From Thecamonas trahens ATCC 50062 (Eukaryota > Protista > Apusomonadida), in NCBI RefSeq assembly GCF_000142905.1, contig NW_013657659.1:20233-84232 (forward strand): DNA of 64,000 nucleotides, given 5' to 3'. The position numbers were made by a program, and so were the translations under genes. A model generated the notes under the pieces. That model had not been told where the DNA came from. It saw only the letters and a list, made by a program, of their open reading frames with translations, and did not search any database. This document shows, in pieces, positions 24,069 through 35,440 of the stretch (its first letter is position 1; the number at the start of each line of letters is the position of its first letter).

Positions 24069-25930
24069 CTACTGCGAGTACGAATAGTCGCCGTAGGCGT
24101 AGTCGCCGTAGGGCGGGTCCTGTGTGACAAACGATTTGCTCCCGCCTGCCGCCGGTCCGCGGCCGCGGCTTCGCCGGGCCTGGCCGGCGCCGTCCGAGTA
24201 CTCGTACGCGTCGTAGCCAGAGTAGTCGAGCTCGTCAACGCCACGATCGTGGGCGTGGTCGTCAGGCTTGGAGAGCGGGGCCATGTATGCGGAGCGGGAG
24301 AAGGAGCGGCCGGTGATGAGCGAGAGCATGCGGGTGTTCTGCCGCGGGACGCAGTCCTCGATGGTCTTGCCGCCGGTGGTCACGGCAGTCTTGTCCGCGC
24401 CGGCGTCGATGAGCCGATGCGCGACCGGGGTGTGGCCAAAGCGGGCCGACCAATGGAGCGGCGTCCATCCGGCCTCGTCGGGCTCGTTAAGCGAGGCTCC
24501 GGCGTTGACCAGCATGTCGACAATGTTGAGATGCCCACGCCGCGCGGCCCAGTACAGCGGCGTAGCGCCCTTGGCATCGGCGTTGTCGACCTGCGCGCCG
24601 GCATCGAGCAGCGCCGAGCAGACCGAGCTTGCGCCAAGGACCGCCGCCAGATGCAACGGGGACTTGTCGTCCGAGTCGGCGAGGTTGACGTCGGCGCCAG
24701 CGGCAATGAGCTCCTCGGCCGCCGCCCGCGACCCGCTCCGCAGCGCCCATACCAGAGCGGTGGCCCCAGTCTTGTCTGTTGCGTCCAACTCGAGCTCCTC
24801 ACCGTAGTCCAGCAGCAGATTGAGCGTCTCCGGATCGTAGTACCGCGCAGCGAGATGGACCACAGTCGAGCCGACCCGATCAGCGGCGTTAAAGTCGGCC
24901 TCGCCGGCCTCGAGCAGGACCTCGGCGCATGCGACATGTTTGTATCGGACGGCGCAGTGGAGCGGTGTCCCGCCGAGCGAGTCCATCTCGTTGACCGACG
25001 TCCCGGCCTCGATGAGCGCAGCGACGCCGTCGGCGAACCCGTAGCCGGCCGCTACATGCAGCGGCGTCACTCCCGAGCCGAGCTTGACATTCGGGTTTCG
25101 CCGTGGTCAAGCATCACCTGCAGCGCTTCGATGTCGAGCGCCTGGCACGCCTCGAATAGATCCGCCCGCGGAAGTCCGTCCACCGCCTGGCCATTGTTAT
25201 ACGAGCCAGCGTAACCATCTCTCGGCGTCCGCGACGAGGCCGACCCTCCAGCCCGCCGCCGCCCAGCAATCGGCGGCAGCACAGCAGGCGAGCCCTGGAA
25301 CGCGTTCGCCCGGCTCTTTTTCTTTGGCTGCGACCGCCGCGACCGTCCCGACCGATCAGACCGAGACCGAGAGTGCGACCGCGAGCGAGACCGTGATCGG
25401 GAGCAAGAGCGGGTGTGGCGTGATCGAGAGCGAGAGCATGAGCGAGAACGAGAGCGCGAGCGTGAGTGTGAGCTGCCGGCTCTCCCGCGAGACCTCCTGC
25501 CCGATGAGATGGATGCACGAGAGCGAGCGTTTGCCAGCGAAGCGTTTGAGCGATGACGATTAGATTTTTTGTCGGAACGACTAGATGCCCGAGAAGCTCT
25601 TGAAGGCGAGTCTCTCTGCGAAGACCGTGACGGCGACATTGACGCCTTTGATGTCTTTGACTGTCTCGTCCGACTTCTATCGTTGCTCTCAAGCTCTTCC
25701 TCCGAGTACGGCTGTCCGAGTTGACCACCGCCAGCACCAGCACCAGCACCAGCACCACCACGACCATCACCATCACCATACTCTGCATATGGTTCGTATT
25801 CTCCATATCCTTCATCTGCATAAGGTCCGTATCCGTCGTACTCGTCGTACCGTCCCTCCGACCCAGACATGTTGGTGGCTACCACCGGCGAGGAGTGCCC
25901 TGCCAACCGCGAACTTGCTTCCAACGACAT
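24069..25930 (-). CDS. Ankyrin-repeat protein with Arg/Ser-rich N-terminus; frameshift near 25095
   Basis: About 7 ankyrin repeats (TPLHVAA, TPLHCAV, TALVWA, SPLHLAA, TPLYWAA, TPLHWSA). GE-N-PNVKLGSGVTPLH is restored by adding one base. The start is at 25930 or 25870. Confidence 0.85.
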
Positions 25931-26017
25931 TCGTTATTGAACAGAGAGAGAGGCCAAACGACGGCCAAACGGTCATTGGCGGGGGACCACCCTCTCCACT
26001 CTACTTCACCATCGATT

Positions 26018-27050
26018 ATGTCATCAACAAGTAATTGTTAGCTCCACCAAACGATCACCCCAGCAACAAGTGATTGTACCCTCAAACGAACGATCACCCC
26101 AACAACAAGTAATCGTACCCACAACAGAACGATCACCCCAACAACAAGTAATCGTACCCACAACAGAACGATCACCCCAACAACAAGTAATCGTACCCAC
26201 AACTGAACGATCATCCCAACAACAAGTAATCGTACCCGCAACAGAACGATGGGGCATAGCATTCGCCCTGGTCCTCACAGCCCGTGGCTACACAAAGGGC
26301 TCCCTCTCGGCGTCAGGAGCCGTGGCGGCGTTCGTCACCGGATGGGCGACTTGCGCAGCAGGCGGACTTCTGCCTGCACTGCATCTTGTGGCCTTTTTTA
26401 TTTCTTCCTCGGCGCTCACACGATACGGCGCAAAGCGCAAGGCCGTGCTCGAGGCAGAATATGCCACATCGTCTTCAAGATCGGCTGTTCAAGTTCTCGC
26501 AAACTCGCTCACTGCTTCTCTTGCTCTCATCGCCGCTGCTCTGCTCGACAGACATCATCATCTTGCTCTGCTCGCGTCCTTGGCACACTACGCCGCCTGC
26601 GCTGCAGATACTTGGTCATCGGAGCTGGGCATCCTGGCTACCGCCCGTCCGCGGCTCATCACCGCGCCGTGGCGGCTCGCTCCGCCCGGCACAAACGGAG
26701 GCGTGACGCTTGTTGGCACGGTCGCCGGGCTGGCTGGTGGCGCCTTTATTGGCCTCGCCCACGCCCTCATGCTCGCATTGCTCGGCTCGGAGCCGCTCGG
26801 GACCGCTCTAACCACATGGGTCTTGCTGGGAGCTGCTTCCGGCCTCCTCGGCACCACCATCGACTCGCTTCTCGGTGCCACCCTACAGTACTCGGGCTGG
26901 GACCCGGAGCGCAAAGTTGTCATCGAGTCGCCGTCCGCCGAGCTCGTACACATCACCGGCGCCGATATACTCGACAACCACCAAGTCAATTTTGCGGCCT
27001 CGTTCTTTACCGTTGCCATTGTCGTCGGATCCGCCTGGACGTTGGCCTAG
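26018..27050 (+). CDS. TMEM19: TMEM19 / DUF92 membrane protein
   Basis: RSAVQVLAN, ADTWSSELG, PPGTNGGVT, IDSLLGATLQYSG, ILDNHQVNF. Proposed exon 1 is 26018-26030, with an intron 26031-26244 giving MSSTKRWGIAF. The start model is inferred. Confidence 0.88.
26025..26250. repeat. 39-bp tandem repeat, about 5.5 copies (AACGATCACCCCAACAACAAGTAATCGTACCCACAACAG)
   Basis: Units start at 26050, 26089, 26128, 26167 and 26206, with partial copies on both sides. Confidence 0.95.
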
Positions 27051-27067
27051 GCCTGCGCCTGCTCCAC

Positions 27068-30000
27068 TCAGCTCGGCACAGAGAGCTTCGACTCGCTCAC
27101 CGACCACAGGAGCAGGTCTGACTCGGCCATCTTGCGCCGCTGCTTGTGCGCCCGCCGCATAAACTTGGCAAACAGGTCGTCAACAGAGAGGTCGGCCTCG
27201 TCCGAGCCCGAGCCCGAGCTCGAACCGGTGGCTGTGCGGAGCTGCGGCGAGCCGGTTGCCGCCCGCAGCTTGCGCGCCGACCGTGCCATCCGCGGTGTGC
27301 CCGGCGCGCCACGCGGCGCCTTGGACGCCGATAGCGGCTTGCGTCGCTTTGAGGCCGGTGGCGTCGCTACAGGACTGCCAGCCGCAGACAGCGTAAAGAC
27401 ACCCGAGTTTGTCCGTAGCATCGGTGTCCGCGGCTGCAGCGCAACGTCGACGTCGCCGAGCTCGTCGTCGAACACGGCAGACCGCTTGCCGAGCACCCCG
27501 GGCCCGACCACGGTCGGCGGTATCCGCCGCGGCGTACGCGCCGGCTCGCGGTTGGCCTTGACGTGGGCCTCCACCAGCGAGCTCGGCAGTGGGCCGAGCG
27601 GCGGTCGAAGGTATGTATGATACACCGGGAGTGCACGGACCTCGGCCGGCAGCTGCTCCAGCCGGTGCTCGACCACCGCCCGCATGAACATGGCCCACAG
27701 CGGGCCGAGCTCCACAGACGGCACAAACGTCGAGCGCCCGCTGCCGCTGCCGCCGAGTGCTTGCGGAAAGTGCGCACGCAGCGCGTGCTGCAATGCTGTC
27801 CGCATCGACACCAGCGCCAGTGGGAGGAGCGGTGACTCGTGCTCCCGTGCCGCAAGCGCGCTTGCATAGTCAGAGAGGAACGCAGAGACAAGGCCCGGCT
27901 GCGCGTACGCGAGTCCCTCGAGATGCACAGAGGTGACCTGCATCGTTGACCCGTCTGATGGCACGTACGCCGTCCCAACTCGGCCGAGATCCGGAAGCTT
28001 GAGCGCGCTCAGTACGCTTCCCAGCGTCGCCAGCGCGCCAGGTGCGTTCCACTCGAGAGGCGGCACCGCGTCGGGCGCGTACTCGGGCGCCGGCCAGTCG
28101 TACGCCCCGAGCCGGTCGTCGGTGAGGAGCGAGGCGAGCGCGTCGAGCACCCCGTTGAACATGCCGATGCCGTGCTCAAGCGTGAGTGCAGGACGCGAGA
28201 GCACCTCGTCGACGTGGACAGAGACGTAGTGATCGATGAGCTCGCCAAGCGAGAACAGCGCCAGCGGCGGTGCCGCAGGCCCGTACTCGGCCGCCCACTT
28301 GAGCCCGGCCTGGAGCGTGCACACCGAGTACTGACCTTGCTTCGGGTCGCCGGCCTGCAGCTCATTGTACGGCTGGATCCGCCACGCCCCGACTTGCGCC
28401 TGCGGCAGTGAGCCGAGCTCGAGCACCCGTGCCACCCGCCGCATCTCCGCCTGCACCTCTAGCTCGCGCGCGCCCGACTCGGCCTGCACCGCGTCAGACG
28501 CGTACAACACAAGCAGAGCGGCACCAGCCTGCGGTGCGAGTCCGGCCACCAGCGCGTGGAGCCGCTCGCGCTCGGCAGTCTCGGTCGCCTCGGCATCGTC
28601 GTCTTCGTCCGACGACCCGTCGTCGCCGTCGCCACTGGTGTGGAGGACAAAGACAAGGCATGTCGTCCCGCGCAACACCTCGGCGAGCGCGCGCTTGGTC
28701 TCATGCGTCTCTCCAGCCAGCGTTCCGTATACCCCCGCGCCGCCACTTGCAGCTGTGGCAGAAAGGCCTGGCCAAACGACTCGATCTCACGCCCGAGCTC
28801 GGAGGCCGCCACCCCGTACGCCGTCAGCGGCGCCGTCAGCGTCGCCGAGTTCGGTGAGAGCTGGTCAAGCTGGTCGGTAAGGAGCGACGCAGACTTGGCG
28901 AGCTTGCCCGCCAGCCACGACGAGATATCGGACTCGTGTGGCGACGACCGCGCCGCCACCACCACCTTGAACCCAAGCGTCACCGTCGCTGGGGCTGCAC
29001 TAGCCGCGCCCGCAGTCCCGCGCAGCGGCCAGTGCTCCGACATCGAGCCAGCCCGAACGTGGCAGCCGTCTTCGCCCTGGGCTGACTCGAGCAGCGGCGT
29101 CGCCGCTCGCGACCGCTTGACTCCAGCCTCAAACGGTGGCATCGCCGACGCCACATGCGCAAGAAAGGCCTCGTACAGTGGCTTGGCCACCAGGCTCGGC
29201 ACGTCCAGGGCGCACCAGAACGCGTGGCTCTCCTCCTCGGCGCGGAGTCGCATCGCCATCAGCACCTGCTGGCTCGCGCTCGCCGCCTCCCACTCGCGGA
29301 ACGACGAGCCGGCCGAGAGCTGGCTCCGTGCCAGCCGCACCCCACCGGCGCCCGCGGGCGAGAGCAGCGAAGTGCCGCTCCGCACCAAGCTCTTTCCCTT
29401 GCCGGTCCGGGCTGGCGTTACCGGCGGCGTGGCTTCGTTACCCTCGCTCTCACCCTCGCCCGGCACTTCGAGCAGCATGCTCATGTGCTCGCCAGCCGAG
29501 AACAAGCCCGAGCTCAGCGGTACGCCGGTGAACGACGCCTTGAACTGCTGGTACCGCGCCTCGAGCTCGGCCCGCCGTGCGGCGCGCTCGCTACGGATCC
29601 GCGCGCACGTCTCATACATCGATCGCCAGCGAGTAAACAGCCCGCGCGTGATCCGCTGCTCCCGCGCGCGGATCAGGTTCGCCTCGCGCGCAGCCTGCCG
29701 CCGCGCCGCCGCCTCGCGCTGAGCCACCAGTGCGCGCTCCAGCTCGCGCGCCGCCGCCTCCGCCGCCAGCCGCTCCTCGCGCGCCAACGCCAGTCGCTGT
29801 TCTTCGGCCGCAAGTGCTGCCGCCTCGCGCCGTAGCTTCTCGGCCGACGCCGCCGCCTCAGCTGCCAGCGCGCGCTCGCGGGCGGCGGCCGCAGCGGTTG
29901 CTTCGCGGGCAGCCTTGTCGGCTGCGGCTTTGTTCGCTGCTGCCTGCGCTGCCGCTGCCTGCGCTGCCGCCCGCTCGGCCGCCGCTGCCTCGGCCACGCG

Positions 30001-33000
30001 CTTGGCCTCCGCCGCTGCTGCCACTCGAGCAGCCACCGCCGCTGCTTTGGCGGCCTCAGCGTCAGCTGCGGCCTTAGCTCTGGCCGCCACCGCCTTGGCC
30101 TCCACCGCCTTCGCCTCCGCCTCAGCTGCGGCCTTGGCGCGGGCCACCCGGCGCTCGTTCTCTAGCGCGAGGGCTGCTGCGCGAGCCTGTTCTTGGCGGA
30201 CTGCATCCGCCTCTCGCGCAGCTGCAGCAGCAGCAGCTCGACGCTCGGAATTGGCAGCACGGGCGGCGGCGATCGCGTCCTGATCCTCCTCTCCGGCGCC
30301 GCGTCGGGAGAGGAGGCGGACGTGTTTTTGAAGCATTGCCCGATCCAGCGGCGGCTCGCCGTGCCGCGGCAGGACGCCCGAGATAACCAACGCGTTGGTG
30401 GCGCACGGGTCGAGCTTGGACTCGATGAGGACGTGCGAGCACGAGACTGGGAACTTGGATGAGTTGTGGACCAGCGAGTCGGTGCCAAAGAAAACGCACA
30501 CCTGGCCGTGGTAGTCGCGGCTCGTCTGGTTCGCCTGAGTCGCCGGCACCTCGGCGGGCGCCAGGCCGTGGTGCTGCAGAAAGGCGATGGCCTCGGTCTC
30601 GGTCTCAAAGCCGAGAACGCCCACGAGGTACTCGACTGGGATTGGATCGACAACCTTGGCACCGGCAATTGGGCCGGCAACCGATCGGTACGCCCGGTTC
30701 ATGGTCCGCAGTGCTACGCTTCGCATCGGATTGAAGAACTTGTGGATGAGGCACGCGTTGAGGTACGTCGTCGAGCGGACAAGGTTAAAGAACTTGGCGT
30801 AGTTGCCAGTCTTGAACGCCTGCACCACGTCGAGCGCAAAGGCGAGGTCTGGCGAGGCCAGCAGCTCGGCCGGGAGCGTGAGCAGGTCAAGCAGCGCCTC
30901 GGGTGAGTCAATGCGAGAGAGGACGCCGTAGGCGCGGAACTCAGCCTCGTTCGGCGGTGTCTCGCCGCGGTAGCGGAGGACACGGTACATGTGGAAGAGG
31001 TCGGTGATGCACTTGGAGAACTGCTCCATGTTCTGCTGCGAGTCGAAGAGCTCGATCGGCTCCTCGCAGCACCGGTGCTCCGAGAGAATGTGGAACCGCA
31101 CAATTTGCTCAAGCACCTCGGCAGCCTCGACCGAGGCGATGGCCTGAAAGTTGTAGTCCTGTCGGATTGACCGGGTCCGGTCGCGGACATAGGCATGGAC
31201 CTCAGCAAACGACCGCGCCGTCGAGTCGATGACCTGAGCGAGGACGTAGTCCATGGTCCTACGAAGAACAGGGTGCGGACGGACCTCTTCCGGGAGCGGG
31301 GGCGCGTCGCCGGCTGCTGGCCGGTGGAACTTCTTCATCACCGCCGAGTGGTCGATGGTGTTCGTTCCGGGAATCTTCTCAAACGAGAGCAGATCATTGC
31401 GAATGTACCGCTCCAGCCGCTCGTGCTCTGGGCACATGTCCGGGCAGGTGCCGACAATGGCGGCGGCATCGCGGACGTCGGTGCCGTGGACCAGCGCGGC
31501 CTTGGCCTCCTCGCGCTTGCGGACAACCTCGACGTTGAGCTTCTTGTACCGCGCTTCGGCCTCGCCGACCGAAGCAAACCGCTTTGCGCGCTCCGCCGCC
31601 CGCTCCTGGGTCAGCGAGTCATCGTCGCGAATTTTGACCAGCGTAGACGGCGCCGGGACGACGGCCGCCGGTGGAGTCGCCCGCAGCGCCGCAGACGCTG
31701 CCGCAGACGGCCGCTGCGTCGCAAACGGGGCCTCTTCTCGGCTGCTCCGCGCCACATGCTTGCGTTGGGGCGGCGCGAACAGACTGCGCCCAGAGGTGGG
31801 TGTCGGCTTGGGCTGTGCCACGGCGAACGGGTTGGAGCCGGGCGCTGGCGGGGCCGACGGAGCCGATAGTGCCGATGGTGCCGACGGGACAAAGGCCGGA
31901 GCAGTAGCCCGCAGCTTGAACGACGACGGGCCGGTGTCACTCGAGCCCGCGCCGGAGAGGCCGGAGAAGGCGGACGCGGTGCGGGTCATTGTCGACTGCA
32001 AAAAGTGGCTGGCGCTGTCGTTGGTGGCGGTGGCGGAAGTGTCGTCGACTTCGTCGTCTCGGTCGTCATCGTCGGGAGAAGCATGGTCGCGGCGGGAGGT
32101 GCGGACGACGACGCAGAGTCGAACGACGGCACCGAGCGCGCCTGCGAGACCTTAATGGGTACACCGCCGATAGAAGTGACCGAGGCGATGGCCTCTCGGG
32201 CGGAAGCGGCGGTCTCGAAAACAATGATGGCCGACTTTTTGGACTTGCCAAACTTGGGGAAGATGTCGACCACCTTGCCGCACTTGGTCACGGCGCGGAC
32301 AAGCGCGCCCTTGTAGTTGCTCTCATCAGGGACAACAGGGATAAAGACAGCGCGCTTGGTAGGGTCGTCATCGTCACCGTCGTTGTTGCGCTGGTACTCT
32401 TCGGTCGACGCGCCGCCATCGTCGTTGTTGCCGTCATCGCCGTTGTCATCTTCATCGTGGCCGTCGTCGTCACCGGCAAAGTGGAACCCCGAAGCTGAGC
32501 CGTTGTTGTTCTTGGAGCGCTTAACAAAGACGGTAGTGCCCTTGCCGCCGCGCTGGCCCTTGCGTGGGTTGCGGGCGGCATTTTCGCCATCACCAGACGA
32601 TGCGCCCTTGGCTTTGTTGAGGCCGCTCAGGCGGGCAGCAAACTTGTCAGCGAGCGAACCCTTGGTCCCAGACGGCTTCTTCCGCTTCCGGGCCTGGACC
32701 GCCGACTTTTTGCCCTTCTTGCCCGACGACTTGGACGCCTTTTTCCCACGGGTCTGTTGGGGGGGGGAGGTGAGTGAGCGCAGTCGTCCGCCTCGACGAT
32801 CAGAGTGCGAAACAGAGGACGGGAGAGGGGGTAGATGGAGAGTGGCTTCAGATTTGAGCAGCAGTACATCAAAGGAGCAGAGGAGGACGGAGTACTTGGG
32901 GACCGACGCAGTGGATGGGCAGATTGCCGAGCAGTGCTCGTAGCAGTGGCATAGCAGATTCGGCGTAGCAGTGGCTGGGCAGCGGCTGGGCAGTAGCGTA

Positions 33001-33521
33001 GCAGTGCTCGTAGCACTGGCTGTGCATACCCATCACAACCGTCCCCACCGTCCGCCCGCCCCATCAGTCCCATCCGGTATTTTTTTTCGTCTGTCCGTCC
33101 TGCAGCCCATACGTCCGTTTGCCTGTCCCACAGCCCGCCTGCCCGTCCATCTTCTTCGTCCCCACTCGCGCGCGTCTGTCCGTCCCCTCCTACAGCTCGT
33201 CCATCCCGTTCGTCCGCCATTCCGGTCACTCCATCCCAAACACCTTAACACTCACTCTCACCATGGGTATGGGCATGGGAATAGCTATGGCTATGGGTAT
33301 GGCTATGGGTATGGGTATGGGTATGGGTATAGGTGGGAGGCAGGCGGAGGCAAGGGGAGGTAGGTCCTTGGCGACACGAGCCACCACACCCAACCATAGC
33401 CATAGCCATAGCCATAGCCTTAGTCGCCCCCTCCTCCTCCCCCCCCCTCTCCCCCTACCCATACTCATTCTTATACAATGGCGTATATGGTCATGGTGGG
33501 TTTGCGTACCTTCTTGGGCAT
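27068..33521 (-). CDS. SAC3: SAC3/GANP (TREX-2 scaffold) with N-terminal RRM; frameshifts near 32095 and 28734
   Basis: IVGTCPDMCPEHER, VRPHPVL, RDRTRSIRQD, NEAEFRAY, NYAKFF. Exon 1 MPKK (33521-33510), GTACGC...CAG intron (33509-32754), exon 2 from 32753. RRM-like segment at about 32360-32140 and an Ala-rich coiled coil. Confidence 0.88.
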
Positions 33522-33587
33522 GGTCGAGGTGCTTCTGGTCAAGGGGGGCAGAAACACACTCTCGCCGTGAGGGTCAAGTGCTCACCC

Positions 33588-33646
33588 CCGCCGACAAGGT
33601 GGCCGTCATCGCCGACAAGGTGGCCACCATCGCCGACAAGGTGGCT
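33588..33646. repeat. 21-bp tandem repeat x3 (CGCCGACAAGGTGGCC...) just upstream of the SAC3 start
   Basis: Read directly from the sequence. Confidence 0.85.
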
Positions 33647-33969
33647 GTCCGTGGCCGGTAAAACCGTGATTTCTCAGCACAAGTCGACGACAGTGGTGGT
33701 GGTGGTGGCCCAGCTGACGTATTGAGGGCAGGCAGCAGCGAGTCTTGGCAGGGACGGATCACACGGCAATGGGGATGGCTGTGATCGGATGGAAGGAGAT
33801 CGAGTTGGCCTGGCTGACTGCACAGATAGAAGAGTAGACCAGTAGCTAACATCAGCATCGGCAGATATGGGCTGCAGGGGGGAGGGGGGGCTATAGATTG
33901 TACAACAAGTAAAGTGTTCAACAGCTCAAGGCTGCGGCCACCCACAGACGACGGAGAAAGTCAACCGTC

Positions 33970-34626
33970 TCAGAAAAGAGCAGCAATCGCGGCACCCACA
34001 GTCGCAACCACCACAATAGCTTCGGCAAGAGGCGCCGACGAGGCAGCGGCAGACGTGCTGCCGCTGCTACCAGGCTGCGCGTTGGCAAAACCATGGCCGA
34101 CCGTGTTGCCGCTGTTCGTCACGGCGCCGCAAGTGGTGCGCGGGTAGATGGTTGCCGCACCCGAGCACGTGCCGCAGGCAGCATCCGTGCACTCAATAGC
34201 CGAGACCGTTGACGAGCCCAGAGCGAGCGAGTTGGACGTTCCATCATTGTTGTACGCACACGTCGACATGGTGGCGATCATCGACGTTGGGTTGCCTGCG
34301 CAGGTCGGCGACGACGACCAGAACCGCATGACGTTGTCAAAGCCCGTCGTCGTCGGCTCAGTCGCCGTACACACGCGCTGATAGTACCGACCAGAAGTTC
34401 CAATTTGAGAGCAAGTGGCACCCACGCAGTTGCTCGTGTACGCAGCAGTAATCCCCAGCGCAGTCGTGTTGCCCGACACCGTGCATCCAGCGCCCGAATA
34501 AACCGTCTCCACCTGCCACTCGGCAGCAACAGCTGCCGGAACCACAGCAGCCACAACAATAGCCACAACAAGCGTCCTGTATCTTCCCAAATCCCACGGT
34601 CGCACCACATAAAGTACATGCACCAT
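33970..34626 (-). CDS. Cys/Ser/Thr-rich secreted protein, probably GPI-anchored
   Basis: Hydrophobic leader LVVAIVVAAVVPAAVAA, 10 Cys, a Ser/Ala spacer and a hydrophobic tail (IVVVATVGAAIAALF-stop). Confidence 0.75.
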   Translation of the reverse strand: MVHVLYVVRPWDLGRYRTLVVAIVVAAVVPAAVAAEWQVETVYSGAGCTVSGNTTALGITAAYTSNCVGATCSQIGTSGRYYQRVCTATEPTTTGFDNVMRFWSSSPTCAGNPTSMIATMSTCAYNNDGTSNSLALGSSTVSAIECTDAACGTCSGAATIYPRTTCGAVTNSGNTVGHGFANAQPGSSGSTSAAASSAPLAEAIVVVATVGAAIAALF

Positions 34627-35139
34627 ATAAGGTTGTAGTCAAGAAATATTGTGAGTATCCTGCCCCATACGTCCACACGAGCCGGAGTATGTCCGCATGC
34701 AGGCCCCCCCCTTGTTCGCCGTTACGTACCAGTTCATTTTTTTTTTATCCAGACGGGTGTAGTGGTCAACGAGTACGACGGTGTGAAACAGCCCACCACT
34801 GCCCCCCTAGCGACTACATGTAGTCATATATGGTTGGCTGTTTCACGGTGGATGGCAGCGGGCGTTGACTATGCCGCAGTTTAGCATGAACGTAATGCTT
34901 GGCGCCATCATTTCCGCGCTCAGCCAAATGCACGCAGGCTCGGTCCCGCTACGGGTGGTGCTCGGCGAGGCGCATGACGCCGACACCTTTGTCGAGCAAC
35001 TCGTCGTCGTCATCTCGCTCGACGACGCAGCCAGCCAGCGGATCCCACGATCACTCGAAGCGTGGCATCGCTTCGATCAAGAAAAGGCTGGCAATGGAGG
35101 CACGAGGCGACAAGCCTTGTCGCGTGGCAATTCTTGCAG

Positions 35140-35242
35140 CAGGCGGGTGATCAGGCGGGTGATCAGGCGGGTGATCAGGCGGGTGATCAGGCGGGTGATC
35201 AGGCGGGTGATCAGGCGGGTGATCAGGCGGGTGATCAGGCGG
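35140..35242. repeat. 12-bp perfect tandem repeat (CAGGCGGGTGAT)8+
   Basis: Eight full units from 35140 plus a partial unit. Confidence 0.95.
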
Positions 35243-35440
35243 CTCGCGAGACCCCCGGGCACATACACACACACACTCTCTCTCTCACACCACTCCTCTC
35301 TCGTTCATGGTTGAACAATGAGTGTGAATTTTCTCCAAGACATGTAGGTGCTCGTGTGGCTGGGTGGGGGGGTGGTTGGGGGTGGGATGGGGGTGGATGG
35401 GGGAAGGCAAGGGGTGAGTGGGTCCAGAAAAAGGTCGTAG

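Noticed and set aside
26025-26250. 39-bp array as a CRISPR array
   Set aside because: Units are contiguous near-identical copies with no unique spacers, no cas genes are present, and the context is eukaryotic.
34865-35314. ORF ending in (RRVI)n
   Set aside because: No recognisable domain, and much of its length is translation of the 12-bp repeat.
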